From the NCBI GenBank assembly GCA_965217195.1, contig CBDCHL010000005.1, positions 180,118 through 244,117 of the forward strand: a DNA stretch of 64,000 nt, written 5' to 3'. Below, piece by piece: positions 22,630-36,109 of the stretch. Origin of the DNA: Bryobacterales bacterium. GTDB lineage: Bacteria > Acidobacteriota > Terriglobia > Bryobacterales > UBA6623. The stretch's first letter is position 1, and every line of letters starts with the position of its first letter. The translations under genes and the position numbers were made by a program. The notes below the pieces were generated by a model that was not told where the DNA came from, made no database searches, and was given only the letters and a program-made list of their open reading frames with translations.

Positions 22630-22807
22630 GTTGGTTTCGGTTTCTTCGTCGTGTTCTTCGGCGAATCCCGGGAAGGTTTGCTGAACCAACAGATGAGTAA
22701 CCGCCCCCCGGCTTCGTCGATGTCATTATAGAGGCTCCCAAGCCGAAACAGTCGGCCGTGGGGTAGGGGCAGCAGCCCAGGCCGTCTTTGCTACGATAGC
22801 CCCGGTC

Positions 22808-24142
22808 TTGCCGCCCTCCCGTTTTCAGTCTCGACTGCGCGCCCTCGGCCTCGACCGCAAGGAATTGCGGGCCTGGGCCATGTATGACTGGGCGAACTCG
22901 GCTTTCATCACGACCGTCATGTCGGCGGTCCTACCGATCTACTACCACCAGGTCGCGGCCGTCGGTGTCGAAGAGCATCTGCGCACGGCCTATTGGGGCT
23001 ACACGCAAACCATCGCGCTGCTGGTCATCGCCGTCCTCGCTCCGGTCCTCGGGGCGGCGGCCGACTACGCGGGCCGCAAGAAGGCGTTCCTGTCCGGCTT
23101 CGTCGGCGTGGGGGTGATTGGCGCGGCGTTGCTCTCCCTCGTCGGCGAAGGCGATTGGATGTTAGCGTCGGCGATCTTCATCGTCGGCAACATCGGCTTT
23201 GCGGGCGCGGAAGTCTTCTACGAATCGCTGCTGCCTCACATCGCCCGCCGCGACGAAATCGACCGTGTATCAACGGCCGGCTACGCGGTGGGCTACGTCG
23301 GCGGCGGACTGCTGTTGGCGGTACACCTAGCCTGGATTAGCGCCCCCGCAACATTTGGCTTCGACGACGGAGGCCAGGCTTCCCGCGCGGCTTTCTTCAC
23401 CGTCGCGCTGTGGTGGGGGTTTTTCACAATTCCGTTGCTGCGGCGAGTCGCTGAGCCCCCGCGCCAACTCGAAGTCGGTGAAGCGCCGTCGCTGGGGGCC
23501 TTGCGCGCGGGGCTCGCGCGTGTGATCGAAACCTTCCGCGAGATCCGCCGCCATCGCCAGGTGTTCGTCTTCCTGTTGGCTTTCTGGTGCTATAACGACG
23601 GCATCAACACCATCATCAAAATGGCGACGATTTACGGAGCCGAAATCGGTATCGGACAAAACGACTTGATCGGCGCGTTGCTGCTCGTGCAATTCGTGGG
23701 CATCCCGGCGACATTCGCATTCGGCGCGCTGGCGGCACGGATCGGCCCAAAACGCGGCGTCTATGTCGCCCTGGCCGTCTATACCGGCATTTCCGTCCTC
23801 GGCTTCTTCATGCAGGAGGCCTGGCATTTTTGGGTGCTGGCGTGCGGCGTGGCGCTGGTCCAAGGCGGCAGCCAAGCCCTGAGCCGCTCGCTCTACGCCT
23901 CGATGATCCCGCAAGGAAAGTCGTCGCAGTTTTTCGGCTTCTACAGCATCAGCGGCAAGTTCGGCAACATCTTCGGGCCGCTGCTGTTTGCCGTTGTCAG
24001 TCAACTCGCGGGCGGCAGCCGCTTGAGCATTCTGTCGCTCATCGTCTTCTTTGTGGGCGGCATGTTGCTGTTGAGGCGCGTTGACGTGGAAGCGGGACAA
24101 GAGGCGGCGCGGGAAGAGGATGCGGAGTTGGTTGCGGCTTAG
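22808..24142 (+). CDS. MFS transporter, UMF1/Atg22 family
   Basis: [45 protein letters not shown]. Confidence 0.92.
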   Translation: MPPSRFQSRLRALGLDRKELRAWAMYDWANSAFITTVMSAVLPIYYHQVAAVGVEEHLRTAYWGYTQTIALLVIAVLAPVLGAAADYAGRKKAFLSGFVGVGVIGAALLSLVGEGDWMLASAIFIVGNIGFAGAEVFYESLLPHIARRDEIDRVSTAGYAVGYVGGGLLLAVHLAWISAPATFGFDDGGQASRAAFFTVALWWGFFTIPLLRRVAEPPRQLEVGEAPSLGALRAGLARVIETFREIRRHRQVFVFLLAFWCYNDGINTIIKMATIYGAEIGIGQNDLIGALLLVQFVGIPATFAFGALAARIGPKRGVYVALAVYTGISVLGFFMQEAWHFWVLACGVALVQGGSQALSRSLYASMIPQGKSSQFFGFYSISGKFGNIFGPLLFAVVSQLAGGSRLSILSLIVFFVGGMLLLRRVDVEAGQEAAREEDAELVAA

Positions 24143-24171
24143 CCGATCCCGACCGATGCCATACTCAAATC

Positions 24172-24426
24172 GTGGCTTTGCACATCGAGCACCCGGACGC
24201 CAGACGCCTCGCGGAAGAACTCTCCAATCACACCGGCGAGAGCATTGCTGAAGCCGTTGTAAAAGCCTTGCGGGAACGGCTCGTGCGTGCAACAGGGCGC
24301 GCCCTGAAACCCAGCCTCAAAGAAGATCTGCTCGCCATGGGCGATCGGATGGCCGCCCTCCCCGACTCGGACCTTCGTAGCGCCGATGAAATCCTCGGTT
24401 ACGACGAACGCGGCGTCCCAAAATGA
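24172..24426 (+). CDS. vapB: VapB-type antitoxin (Rv0623/PSK transcription factor family)
   Basis: MALHIEHPDARRLAEELS..TGESIAEAV..ALRERL...DEILGYDERGVP. Confidence 0.8.
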   Translation: MALHIEHPDARRLAEELSNHTGESIAEAVVKALRERLVRATGRALKPSLKEDLLAMGDRMAALPDSDLRSADEILGYDERGVPK

Positions 24427-24458
24427 GGGGCATCGTAATCGACCCGTCCACCGGCTGA
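24423..24458 (+). pseudogene. Possible N-terminal remnant of vapC toxin
   Basis: ATGA overlap with the vapB stop, then MRGIVIDPSTG*, resembling the PIN-domain start (M)VIDTSA. Confidence 0.35.
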
Positions 24459-24514
24459 TATTCTGACAAGGTACCTCGCACTCGGCTTTCAACTCGGGTC
24501 TTACCCACGCGCCA

Positions 24515-25120
24515 ATGATGCACCTCAAAATCCTCTCGCACCCGATTTTCATGAATCTCGACTTCCATCTGCCCATGGTCGTCGACCTGTCGCATCCGCT
24601 AATCATGCTCGAGGGCGAGAACGGCTCAGGCAAATCCACCCTGCTGCACTCGATCTTTTACGCCCTGCGCGGAGAACAGCCCGAAGGCTTCGCCTACAAA
24701 CTGCACAAACCCGACACTGTCGCCATCGAAAAGGTCTTGCTCTTCGACGCCGAGCAGCACAACCCGCGCACCCAGCCTCATCTATTTGAAGATGACCCGA
24801 AGATGAAGGAGTTTGTCGAAACAGCCAGCCATGGGCAGGTGATGCTTTCGCTCTTCAGCAATACTTTTCCGTCGATGCCGGACGGTACGGTGCTACTCCT
24901 CGACGAACCCGAAATGGCACTGTCCCAATCGAATCAGCGCCGCGTATTGAAGATGCTTCAGGAGCTGACCGACCAAAGGAAGTTCCGTATCGTCGCCGCG
25001 ACGCACTCACCCGTGTTGTTGGGGGCGCCGCAGACTTACGTCATCAATCTCGACCGCCACGTCAACCGCAACATCATCCGCGACGACTTCGGCGTCCAAG
25101 GCGCCAGTACGATTCAATAG
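24515..25120 (+). CDS. Stand-alone ABC/AAA ATPase (COG3910-like)
   Basis: GENGSGKST, SHGQ, LLLDEPE, ATHSP. Confidence 0.85.
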   Translation: MMHLKILSHPIFMNLDFHLPMVVDLSHPLIMLEGENGSGKSTLLHSIFYALRGEQPEGFAYKLHKPDTVAIEKVLLFDAEQHNPRTQPHLFEDDPKMKEFVETASHGQVMLSLFSNTFPSMPDGTVLLLDEPEMALSQSNQRRVLKMLQELTDQRKFRIVAATHSPVLLGAPQTYVINLDRHVNRNIIRDDFGVQGASTIQ

Positions 25121-25192
25121 CAGCCGTTCATGTGATCTCAATTCACCACGGACCCCGCGCCCGGAAGAGTTACACCTCCGGAGCGCAGGTCC

Positions 25193-25373
25193 AGCCTGCA
25201 TTTCTCACCACCTGGCGAGGCGAAGTGCGTGAGAGGACTGTCAGTACGAGGCACGGGCCGCCTGGCGCGCGGAGGCGTACTTGAACAGTACGGTGAGCAC
25301 GGCAGGCAACCGTAACGAAGTAATGACAGGCCTATTGCGTGCTTCGACCGCCAAGTGGTGAGAAATGCAGGCT
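25193..25373 (+). mobile_element. MITE copy 1 (~180 bp, ~25-bp TIRs)
   Basis: agcctgcatttctcaccacctggcg ... cgccaagtggtgagaaatgcaggct; near-identical inverted copy at 39238-39416. Confidence 0.85.
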
Positions 25374-25561
25374 ACGCGCACCTTTCGCCAGACCTGCGTC
25401 CCTGTTGACAGTGCAGTTCGAAGAAGCCCGCGGTTTTTCCGGACGGGCCGGAGGAACGATTGTTCGATTGTCTGGCTCCGAAACCGACAAGACGGCCCCT
25501 CAACCCGACGCGCCGCCGAACCATTTCACGGCAGTACGATGCATCTGCAATTCAAATCCGT

Positions 25562-26227
25562 TCACGGTCCTGAGGCGTTCAGTAGACCCTGCAATTCGCT
25601 TAGACTCCGCACCACAGCCTTGGGTTCGTAAGAGGCAAGTTCGGCCTCGGTAGTGACGCCGGTCAAGACGGCAATGAACTCGACTCCCGCCCCTTCGGCC
25701 GCCAGAGCGTCGACGGTGCTGTCGCCGATGTACCAGGCGGTCGCGGCGGATGACCCCAGTTGCGCCAACGCTTGCATCAGGCCCTCCGGATGAGGTTTAT
25801 GTTCTTTGACATCCTCGCCGCCGACGATCGTATCAAACAGATGGCCCGACCCTTCCCGATCAAGCACTGCTTCGATTCGGGATCGATATTTGGTCGAAAC
25901 GATCCCCATCTTCAGCCCGTTCTCGCGCAACGGTAGGAGGGCCTCGACCACGCCCGGTAACAGGCGGGTCTCCTTGACCATGATTCGGTCGGAAAGCTCA
26001 CGCCACAAGCGCCGGAACTCCGAAGCCTTCGGACGATGTTCCTCGCCGGCCAGAGCTGCGAGGGTATCGGGTAGCGACAGACCGATCGTCCGTCGAATCG
26101 CGTCGGGTGACGCCGGCTCGAAACCCAAGCCCTTGAGTGCGCGATTCGCGCACTTCACAACGGCAGTCGACGAATCCGCCAATGTGTAATCGAAATCGAA
26201 TAGGAGCGTTTGCGGTGTGCTTGCCAA
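25562..26227 (-). CDS. HAD-IA hydrolase (phosphoglycolate phosphatase-like)
   Basis: LFDFDYTLADS, IVSTK, KPHPEG, YIGDSTVD. Confidence 0.9.
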   Translation of the reverse strand: MASTPQTLLFDFDYTLADSSTAVVKCANRALKGLGFEPASPDAIRRTIGLSLPDTLAALAGEEHRPKASEFRRLWRELSDRIMVKETRLLPGVVEALLPLRENGLKMGIVSTKYRSRIEAVLDREGSGHLFDTIVGGEDVKEHKPHPEGLMQALAQLGSSAATAWYIGDSTVDALAAEGAGVEFIAVLTGVTTEAELASYEPKAVVRSLSELQGLLNASGP

Positions 26228-26310
26228 GGATGAGTGCCGTTCTATCGCCTTTCTCGATCGCCCCTACCGGAGTATACTTTGAGTATTAACCGCAACGGAG
26301 AGTGGAATAA

Positions 26311-29223
<2,913 letters not shown>

Positions 29224-29229
29224 TCCGCT

Positions 29230-30687
29230 ATGCCAAAGCAAAACAAAGTTGCGAAACCGTCCCGAAGAGATTTCTTCTCCCGTGTCGGAGACGGCTTGCA
29301 CGGCGCCGCCTTGGCAACGCTGCTCGGCAATGACCTGTTCGACGCGAACCCCTTGTCGGCCTCGACACCCGAGCGGGAATCGTACGATCACAAGCCTCGA
29401 GCGCCGCATTTTGAACCCAAGGCGAAATCAGTCATTCATCTCTTCATGAACGGCGGCCCGAGCCAGGTTGATTTGTTCGATCACAAGCCGTTGCTCGAGA
29501 AGCATGCCGGCAGCGCGCCGCCGCGAGACATCGTGGCGCAAATCGAGTTCACCGACGAGATCGGCGGCATGATGCCGTCTCCCTACAAGTTTTCGCGTCG
29601 GGGCAAATGCGGCATGGAAATCTCGGATCTGATGCCGCATCTCGGCGAGGTCGTTGACGACATCACGCTGGTAAGGTCGATGTACGGCGAGCATTTCAAT
29701 CACGAGCCGTCTCTGTACCTGGTTCATTCCGGGAGAACTCTACCGGGCCGCCCGGCCCTGGGTTCGTGGGTCGTCTACGGGCTTGGCAGCGAGAACCAAG
29801 ACATGCCGGGGTACATCGTCCTCGACGATCCAATCGCCTATCCGATCAACGGGATTCAGAACTGGCAGGCCGGCTGGCTCCCGCCGGTTTATCAAGGCAC
29901 CCGTTTCCGGGCCGAGGGACCGCCGGTGTTGAACCTAGAGCGCGAAGAAGAGGTCCCCAGCGCGCTGGTCGAGGCGGAGCGACGCATGTTGCGCCGACTC
30001 AGCGAAAGCCACCGCAAGCAGCGGCCGTTTCAACCCCAGCTCGACGCCCGGATCGCCAGCTACGAGATGGCGGCCAAAATGCAGCTTTCGGCGACCGACG
30101 CCCTCGATACCTCCCAAGAGAGTGAAGCGACCAAGGAGATGTATGGCCTCGGCGACGAGCGAACGCGCTCCTACGGCCTACGACTTCTGCGTGCGCGTCG
30201 GCTGGTCGAGCGCGGTGTGCGCTTCGTCCAGGTCTTCATCGAACACCAGATTTGGGATAACCACCTCAACCTCGACCGCGAACTCGGGTACGCTTGCGCC
30301 AAGACCGATAAACCCGTCGGCGCGTTGATCAAAGACCTGAAGCAACGTGGGCTGCTGGATTCAACGCTGGTGATCTGGGGCGGCGAATTCGGACGCATGC
30401 CGCTCTCGCAAGTCGGCGAAGCCGGCACGGCCGGCCGCGACCACGGGCCGGCCGGGTTCAGCATGTGGATGGCCGGCGGCGGTGTCAAAGCCGGTCATGT
30501 CCACGGCGCGACCGACGATATCGGCCACAAAGCCGTCGAGGGCCGCGTCAGCGTGCACGACTTCCACGCAACGATGCTGCATCAAATTGGGCTCGATTTC
30601 AACAAGCTCACCTACGACGTGGACGGCCTCGATGAGCGCCTGACCGGACAGTACCCGGCACGGGTCGTTTCTGAAATCCTCGCTTGA
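29230..30687 (+). CDS. DUF1501 protein with Tat motif
   Basis: SRRDFF, LFMNGGPSQVDLFD, ARRLVERGVRFVQ, WGGEFGRMP, GRDH. Confidence 0.92.
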   Translation: MPKQNKVAKPSRRDFFSRVGDGLHGAALATLLGNDLFDANPLSASTPERESYDHKPRAPHFEPKAKSVIHLFMNGGPSQVDLFDHKPLLEKHAGSAPPRDIVAQIEFTDEIGGMMPSPYKFSRRGKCGMEISDLMPHLGEVVDDITLVRSMYGEHFNHEPSLYLVHSGRTLPGRPALGSWVVYGLGSENQDMPGYIVLDDPIAYPINGIQNWQAGWLPPVYQGTRFRAEGPPVLNLEREEEVPSALVEAERRMLRRLSESHRKQRPFQPQLDARIASYEMAAKMQLSATDALDTSQESEATKEMYGLGDERTRSYGLRLLRARRLVERGVRFVQVFIEHQIWDNHLNLDRELGYACAKTDKPVGALIKDLKQRGLLDSTLVIWGGEFGRMPLSQVGEAGTAGRDHGPAGFSMWMAGGGVKAGHVHGATDDIGHKAVEGRVSVHDFHATMLHQIGLDFNKLTYDVDGLDERLTGQYPARVVSEILA

Positions 30688-30918
30688 CGAGGCCGAGCTC
30701 CCGACAGCGCCATCCCCGCGCACAAATCCTTGGTAACCGCCTACCGAGCTTGACACAACCGCTACCCTGAATCAGGGAGGTTGCCGGTCGAGCGCCCGTG
30801 ATCGGACGAATTAATGGAGACGCCGGGCACCCGCAAACAAAAATTGCGATACGAACCCAATTTTGCAGGCGTAGCAAGCCGCAAATAGTTCGCCAAATCA
30901 ATAAGTTACAGAAGATGC

Positions 30919-30951
30919 GTAGCGCGGGTCTCGGAGAGACCCGCGGCTTTT
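30919..30951 (+). terminator. 10-bp GC hairpin followed by a T-run (terminator or GTAG-foot REP)
   Basis: gtag-cgcgggtctc-gga-gagacccgcg-gctttt, between convergent genes. Confidence 0.45.
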
Positions 30952-31161
30952 ACCGTCCCGGCCTGACGGAAGATCCGATGCCGACCCAGATATCCAGTGC
31001 TCAGCACTGGCCGTTAAACAAGAATACGGAACGAAGCCAAGGCCGTCTATGTATCATTAAATCATTGGCTTACGGGCATGCCGCAGGCGCCCTGGAGACG
31101 AGGACAGACCTGCGGGGCCTCCAAGCCAACGCATCTGAACTCTTAGGCGCCAATGCCGGGC

Positions 31162-32955
31162 TTATGGCTCGACCGCTAACTCGATGCGATCCAGGGCCTC
31201 CCGAAACGCCGGGTTGGGAGAAGACGCCTCCCGCTCGACGGCCCACTGATAGTAACGTCGGGCCCAGTCGCCGTCTCCTCGGTGTTCACTGATTTGTCCT
31301 AGGTAGAAATACGGGTATGGGTTGGCGGCGCCCCCGCCCCGAACCGCGCCGAGCAGCATCGATTCGGCTTGCTCGGCTTGGCCCCACTCCCAGTACACCA
31401 GGCCTGCTTCCTGGCGTTTATACCAGGCTTCCGGATCGTCGCGGAGTGCCTCGCGAATCGGCCGTAACGCCGGGAACAGTACCAAGTCTGTTTCAGAGAT
31501 CCCCTCTGCTTCCCCACCCCCGAGCTCGACCACCTCTTCGCCCGACCATTCGCCGACGAGATTGCCGGCGAGATCAAACGCAAAGACGCGATCGAACCGT
31601 GACAAATCGACGTCCGCCGGTGACGTCAACCGAACCGGCGGTTTGTGGCTCTTGGGGATATCGCGGGCCACCACGACCGTCCACTCGCGCCCCTCACCGA
31701 ACTCCCTCAGAACGTAATGCTGATTGTGGAAGGGATGGACCGGCGTCAGCAAACCCGTTACGAGGATGCGACCTTCGCCGGGAGGGAGACTCTTCCAACG
31801 CGGGAAGACATCTATCAAATTGCGGTTGATGCGTTCTTGTTCGACAGCCCAGCGATTCTTTTCAAAATGCGGTTGATGCAAGGAAGCCATCATGGCAAGC
31901 CAGCCGGCCGCGAGGGTGCCCAGGATCCATCGGTTCGAGGACAGTCCCGTAAAAGGTCCAGCGGCCAACAGAAACGGCGCAAGGAGCAACGGCGCCGCGG
32001 TCGAGGCGTATTGCGCGCTGAGGTGGTGCGGCAGGGGCACATGCGGCAGTAGTGCGCAGAAGCCGCCCAGGCAGAGCGTGGCGATCGGTACGAAAATGCG
32101 GGGTTCTCGGAAAGCCGCATATAGGCCCGCGCCCATCGCGATCAAGACGCCCCAGGGCATGAGAGCCTTGGTGTAGAACCAGAGCACGTTCGCCATGGAC
32201 GACGGAGAGAAGTCCATCGCGTAGACGCTCGATGTGTCGTCGAGGCGCATGAAGGTTTCGCTGGAGTGCAAATTCCAATAGAGCCCCGCACTCTCGGCGG
32301 CGAGGACGACGCCTAGGACGACGGCGGCGGTGCGCCGAACCCGGCCGTCGCCCAGGAAAACCTGAGCGGCCCAAAACAGCGCCGCCGTCACGAAGTAGGT
32401 TTCCTTGGTGAAGGCCGCAAGCAAGAAAGGAGCTACGCACAAAACCATCCGGACCGGGCCGGGCCTTTCGACGTACAAGTACCAGGCCGTCATGCCGACG
32501 ATCAAATACAAATACGACAGCGTCGCCAACGTGTCATGCACGTAGTTCACATAAAACTGCGGGTGGGCAAACACCAACCCGGCGTAGAGGGCCACCATCG
32601 TAAGCGGCAGCCGGCGTCCGACAATGCGTTGCACGAGGTCGGCCGTCAGGGCCGTACTCACGAGGGTGATGACAACCAGAATGAAAATGAAGCCCCGCAC
32701 CCCCGCCAAGCCGAACAAATGCGCCGCCAGATACCCGGCGGGGCGCGGCCAATCGAAGTAAGCTGTCAGCGAAGGATTGCGGGCGCTGAGGCCGGGCGAA
32801 AAATAGACATCCGAGTGAATCGGGTACAAGGGATCGAAGTACCCGGGAAAGATGTAGGCGAGAACGACGACGTAAACGCCGCAAACCATGGCGAGCAGCA
32901 GCAGGCCTTGCGGCCCGAAGAGCGCGCCGCGCGGCTGCTCACTTGTAGGCGGCAC
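31162..32955 (-). CDS. Multi-pass membrane protein (GT-C glycosyltransferase-like) with C-terminal TPR
   Basis: About 10 hydrophobic segments, WPRPAG, AFTKETY motif, TPR YFYLGQISE. Confidence 0.6.
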   Translation of the reverse strand: MPPTSEQPRGALFGPQGLLLLAMVCGVYVVVLAYIFPGYFDPLYPIHSDVYFSPGLSARNPSLTAYFDWPRPAGYLAAHLFGLAGVRGFIFILVVITLVSTALTADLVQRIVGRRLPLTMVALYAGLVFAHPQFYVNYVHDTLATLSYLYLIVGMTAWYLYVERPGPVRMVLCVAPFLLAAFTKETYFVTAALFWAAQVFLGDGRVRRTAAVVLGVVLAAESAGLYWNLHSSETFMRLDDTSSVYAMDFSPSSMANVLWFYTKALMPWGVLIAMGAGLYAAFREPRIFVPIATLCLGGFCALLPHVPLPHHLSAQYASTAAPLLLAPFLLAAGPFTGLSSNRWILGTLAAGWLAMMASLHQPHFEKNRWAVEQERINRNLIDVFPRWKSLPPGEGRILVTGLLTPVHPFHNQHYVLREFGEGREWTVVVARDIPKSHKPPVRLTSPADVDLSRFDRVFAFDLAGNLVGEWSGEEVVELGGGEAEGISETDLVLFPALRPIREALRDDPEAWYKRQEAGLVYWEWGQAEQAESMLLGAVRGGGAANPYPYFYLGQISEHRGDGDWARRYYQWAVEREASSPNPAFREALDRIELAVEP

Positions 32956-33706
32956 AGACCACCCGCTTCCCCCGTCGATGTTGCTCGTACGCGCCCGGGG
33001 GAGGCTCGATCAATTCCACCCGCGCAAACCCCGCTTGCTTCAACATGAAAAGGAGGGCGGCGGGGGAGGGGCAAGCTGCCACCGGCGATGCTCCGGTCTC
33101 GGAATTGTCGGCCAAGAATTCATCCGACTCGTCGATCAATGCCAGAACGCCGTGGTAGGGTCGAGTCCACTCGCGCGATCCCCATTCAGTGGTTCCAACG
33201 ACTTCGTCGACGACCTGGGTTTCGACGACGCAAAGCTCCTTCGTGAGGGCCGCGATATTGCGCAAGCAGCGCATCGGATTTTCAAGGTGGTAGAGAATGC
33301 CTAAAAACAGACTCAGCTCGAAACGGCCGACCTTGTCGACGGAAAGATCTTCACAATTGCCCGCTTGGAATTCGATGGCGGAACAGCCTTTCGCGGCCGC
33401 TACGAAGCGAGCCTTGGCCAAGTTTCTTTCGCGAACGTCAACGCCCACGATGCGCGGCACGCCGAGCGACGCCATCGCCATCGAGTAGAATCCTTCGTGG
33501 CAACCGACATCAATGCACTGGATTTCGCCTAAACGATCGCCAAAATGGCTCTTGACAACGCCGCTTGTCATCGCAAGCCGAGTTTCAAAGATCTCCCGCA
33601 CCTGAAGCGGTAGTTCCGACTTCGTCCGCAACCCCTCGCCAAGGTCGAATTCGTGGAACCACGGCCCCAACGTCGCAATCTTCTCTTGGATTTGCTGGGG
33701 TGTCAT
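32939..33706 (-). CDS. Class I SAM-dependent methyltransferase (DUF1698/CmoB-like)
   Basis: PWFHEFDLG, IDVGCHEGFYS, LFLGILYHLENP; overlaps the downstream membrane gene. Confidence 0.85.
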   Translation of the reverse strand: MTPQQIQEKIATLGPWFHEFDLGEGLRTKSELPLQVREIFETRLAMTSGVVKSHFGDRLGEIQCIDVGCHEGFYSMAMASLGVPRIVGVDVRERNLAKARFVAAAKGCSAIEFQAGNCEDLSVDKVGRFELSLFLGILYHLENPMRCLRNIAALTKELCVVETQVVDEVVGTTEWGSREWTRPYHGVLALIDESDEFLADNSETGASPVAACPSPAALLFMLKQAGFARVELIEPPPGAYEQHRRGKRVVCAAYK

Positions 33707-34064
33707 CGATTCCCAAGGCCAAGTACGGTCGAGCGGGCCCACGCGACCGTCCCAACCGAATGCGTTGCGGAATCCCATTCTAACCGGAAAGTTCAACACG
33801 GGCGGGTCCGCCGGCCCCAAGAGGTAGCCCCCTAAACAAGCAGCTTCAGAGCCCCGAGCGAGAGCGACGGGCCAACACGCCGCCTCCCCGACCTCTCAGG
33901 ATTCCAAGGAACCCGCGGCCCTTCCAAAAGCGGCGCGGAAGCAACCCGGTCGATAGGATAATAGGAGTTCCCTTCGATCCGCCCGACGTACACACGTTGT
34001 CCTGTGAGAAAATCTAGCAATTGACTCCGTGCCCCGCGGCACGGCAACCGACGGCTGAGCTCTG

Positions 34065-35801
34065 ATGTATCAAGTTCTCGCTCGAAAATACCGCCCTCAG
34101 ACCTTCAGCCAAGTTGTCAATCAAGAGCACGTCAAGCAGACCCTCACCAACGCCATCGCGCAAGAGCGCATCGGCCACGGCTATATTTTCTCGGGTCCCC
34201 ACGGGACGGGCAAGACGACGCTCGCCCGCATCCTTGCCAAGGCCCTCAACTGCGAGAAGGGTCCGGCCGTCGAGCCCTGCCTCGCCTGCTCAAGCTGCAC
34301 CGAAATCGCGGCGGGCAATTCGATGGACCTCACCGAAATCGATGCCGCCTCGAACCGCCGAATCGATGATATTCGCGAGCTCCGTGAGAACGTGCGCTAT
34401 CGCCCGGTCCGTGATCGCTACAAAGTATTCATCATCGACGAGGCACACCAGATTACGGCTGATGCCTTCAACGCCCTGCTGAAAACCCTCGAGGAACCGC
34501 CTGAATGGGTGGTTTTTATCCTGTGCACGACGGAACCTCAGCAGTTCCCGGCAACTATCGTTTCCCGTTGCCAAAGCTTCCCGTTTCGGACCATCAATGT
34601 TGACCATGTCGTCGAGCATCTCAAGTGGCTCTGCGGCGAAGAAGGCGTTGAGGCCGAAGACGACGCCTTGGTTGCGATCGCCCTGGCCGGAGACGGCAGC
34701 ATTCGAGACTCGCTATCGACCCTCGATCAAGCCATCGCGAGTTTCGGCAACAAGCTCGAAGCCGCGGCAGTACGTGATCTGTTGGGCGCAATCCCGGCGG
34801 AGATGACCGACGCCATCATGCTTGCCCTCAAGGAAAGCCGACCCGAGCAGATGCTCGAAATCGTCGACCAGCTTCATCGCGAGGGGCGTCACCTGCAGAA
34901 TTTCAGCGGCGAGCTGGTCCGCTATTTTCGCAATCTGCTCATCATGAAAGTCTCTGGCGCCGACACGCGCTTGATTGCGGCCGGAACCGGTGACCGTCAG
35001 CGTATGTCCTCTGCTTTAGAATCTTTTAGCGAAGAGGACTTAACTCGTTACTTGCAGCTCTCGTTGGATCTGTATCGTGACCTGCAACAAGCCGTGCAGC
35101 CGCGCTTTCGCCTCGAAATCGGACTGTTGAAGCTGGTTCACGCCGGCAGACTCACGCCGATTGAAACGGTTTTGGCGGAATGGGGAGGCTCGTCTCCTCA
35201 AAGGTCTTCGGCGAGGGCCGGTTCGGCGAAACCCGGTTCATCCGGCCCCCACACAAGCGCCCTGCCAATCGATGCCGGCCGGCCGCCTGCCCGAAATGAA
35301 CCACCCACACCGACAGTTCCTCCTTCTTTACCAAACGAACCCGCCGCACCAGGCCCCGATGACCCACGGGGTGATCTCCAGCAATCCGTCGTGCGAGCGT
35401 TTCGGCAAGGTGGCGACGACTTTACGGCCGACGCGGTCGAACACGCCGAAATGAGCCGCGAAAACGGGCGAGTGGAGATCCGGCCGTCGCCCGACGATGT
35501 GGCCGCACTGCAAATCAATTTGAAGGCGGTCGAGGCGGCAGTCCAAAGCATTGTGGGCCAAAATGTTCGTGTTACACTGGGGAGCCGACTTTCCGCGAAA
35601 GACATCGAGCCTACCCCGTCCGCGCGACCCGAAAATGGCGAATCGAACGGCCTAGTCGAGCCTCCGACGACCACGAGAGTCGACCCGGCGACCGAAACGG
35701 AGGTCGAACGCCGCGCGATGGCTGATCCCGAGGTAAGCGAATTCCACGAGACTTTCGGCGGCCGGGTTCGCAACGTTCGAGACCTGAGGAGGTATTCGTG
35801 A
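34065..35801 (+). CDS. dnaX: DNA polymerase III subunit gamma/tau
   Basis: YQVLARKYRPQTF, GPHGTGKTT, IIDEAH, FNALLKTLEEPP, SRC. Confidence 0.97.
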   Translation: MYQVLARKYRPQTFSQVVNQEHVKQTLTNAIAQERIGHGYIFSGPHGTGKTTLARILAKALNCEKGPAVEPCLACSSCTEIAAGNSMDLTEIDAASNRRIDDIRELRENVRYRPVRDRYKVFIIDEAHQITADAFNALLKTLEEPPEWVVFILCTTEPQQFPATIVSRCQSFPFRTINVDHVVEHLKWLCGEEGVEAEDDALVAIALAGDGSIRDSLSTLDQAIASFGNKLEAAAVRDLLGAIPAEMTDAIMLALKESRPEQMLEIVDQLHREGRHLQNFSGELVRYFRNLLIMKVSGADTRLIAAGTGDRQRMSSALESFSEEDLTRYLQLSLDLYRDLQQAVQPRFRLEIGLLKLVHAGRLTPIETVLAEWGGSSPQRSSARAGSAKPGSSGPHTSALPIDAGRPPARNEPPTPTVPPSLPNEPAAPGPDDPRGDLQQSVVRAFRQGGDDFTADAVEHAEMSRENGRVEIRPSPDDVAALQINLKAVEAAVQSIVGQNVRVTLGSRLSAKDIEPTPSARPENGESNGLVEPPTTTRVDPATETEVERRAMADPEVSEFHETFGGRVRNVRDLRRYS

Positions 35802-36109
35802 AACTACCCGGCAACATGCAGAAGATGATGCAGCAGGCGCAGCAAATGCAACAGCAGTTGCAGGAGGAGATTGCTCAAATCCGCGTCGAGGCGTCAACCG
35901 GCGGCGGCATGGTCACCGTCAAGATGGACGGCCAAAAGAAGGTCCTTTCGATCGACATTGATGAGGAAGTTCTCGAAGATCGCGACATGTTGCAGGACAT
36001 GGTCCGCGGGGCGGTCAACGAGGCGGCAAAGCGAGTCGACGACGAGACGCAATCGAAAATGGGCGGCATGCTGGGCGGAATGGGCCTGCCGCCGGGCATG
36101 CTTTCATAA
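35798..36109 (+). CDS. ybaB: YbaB/EbfC nucleoid-associated protein
   Basis: MMQQAQQMQ, STGGGMVTV, LQDMVRGAVNEA; lies between dnaX and recR. Confidence 0.93.
   Translation: MKLPGNMQKMMQQAQQMQQQLQEEIAQIRVEASTGGGMVTVKMDGQKKVLSIDIDEEVLEDRDMLQDMVRGAVNEAAKRVDDETQSKMGGMLGGMGLPPGMLS

Noticed and set aside
30840-30910. AT-rich acgaacccaatttt / aatcaataagttac motifs as dif or att site
   Set aside because: No full XerC/XerD 11-6-11 match and no integrase nearby
33820-34064. SRP RNA (ffs), often found upstream of dnaX
   Set aside because: Only fragments (tcagg..aagga, ggaagcaac) are present; the CAGGxCCGGAAGGxAGCA helix cannot be assembled on either strand
34065-35801. Programmed frameshift in dnaX
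   Set aside because: No A6G or long A-run slippery site was seen in the gene
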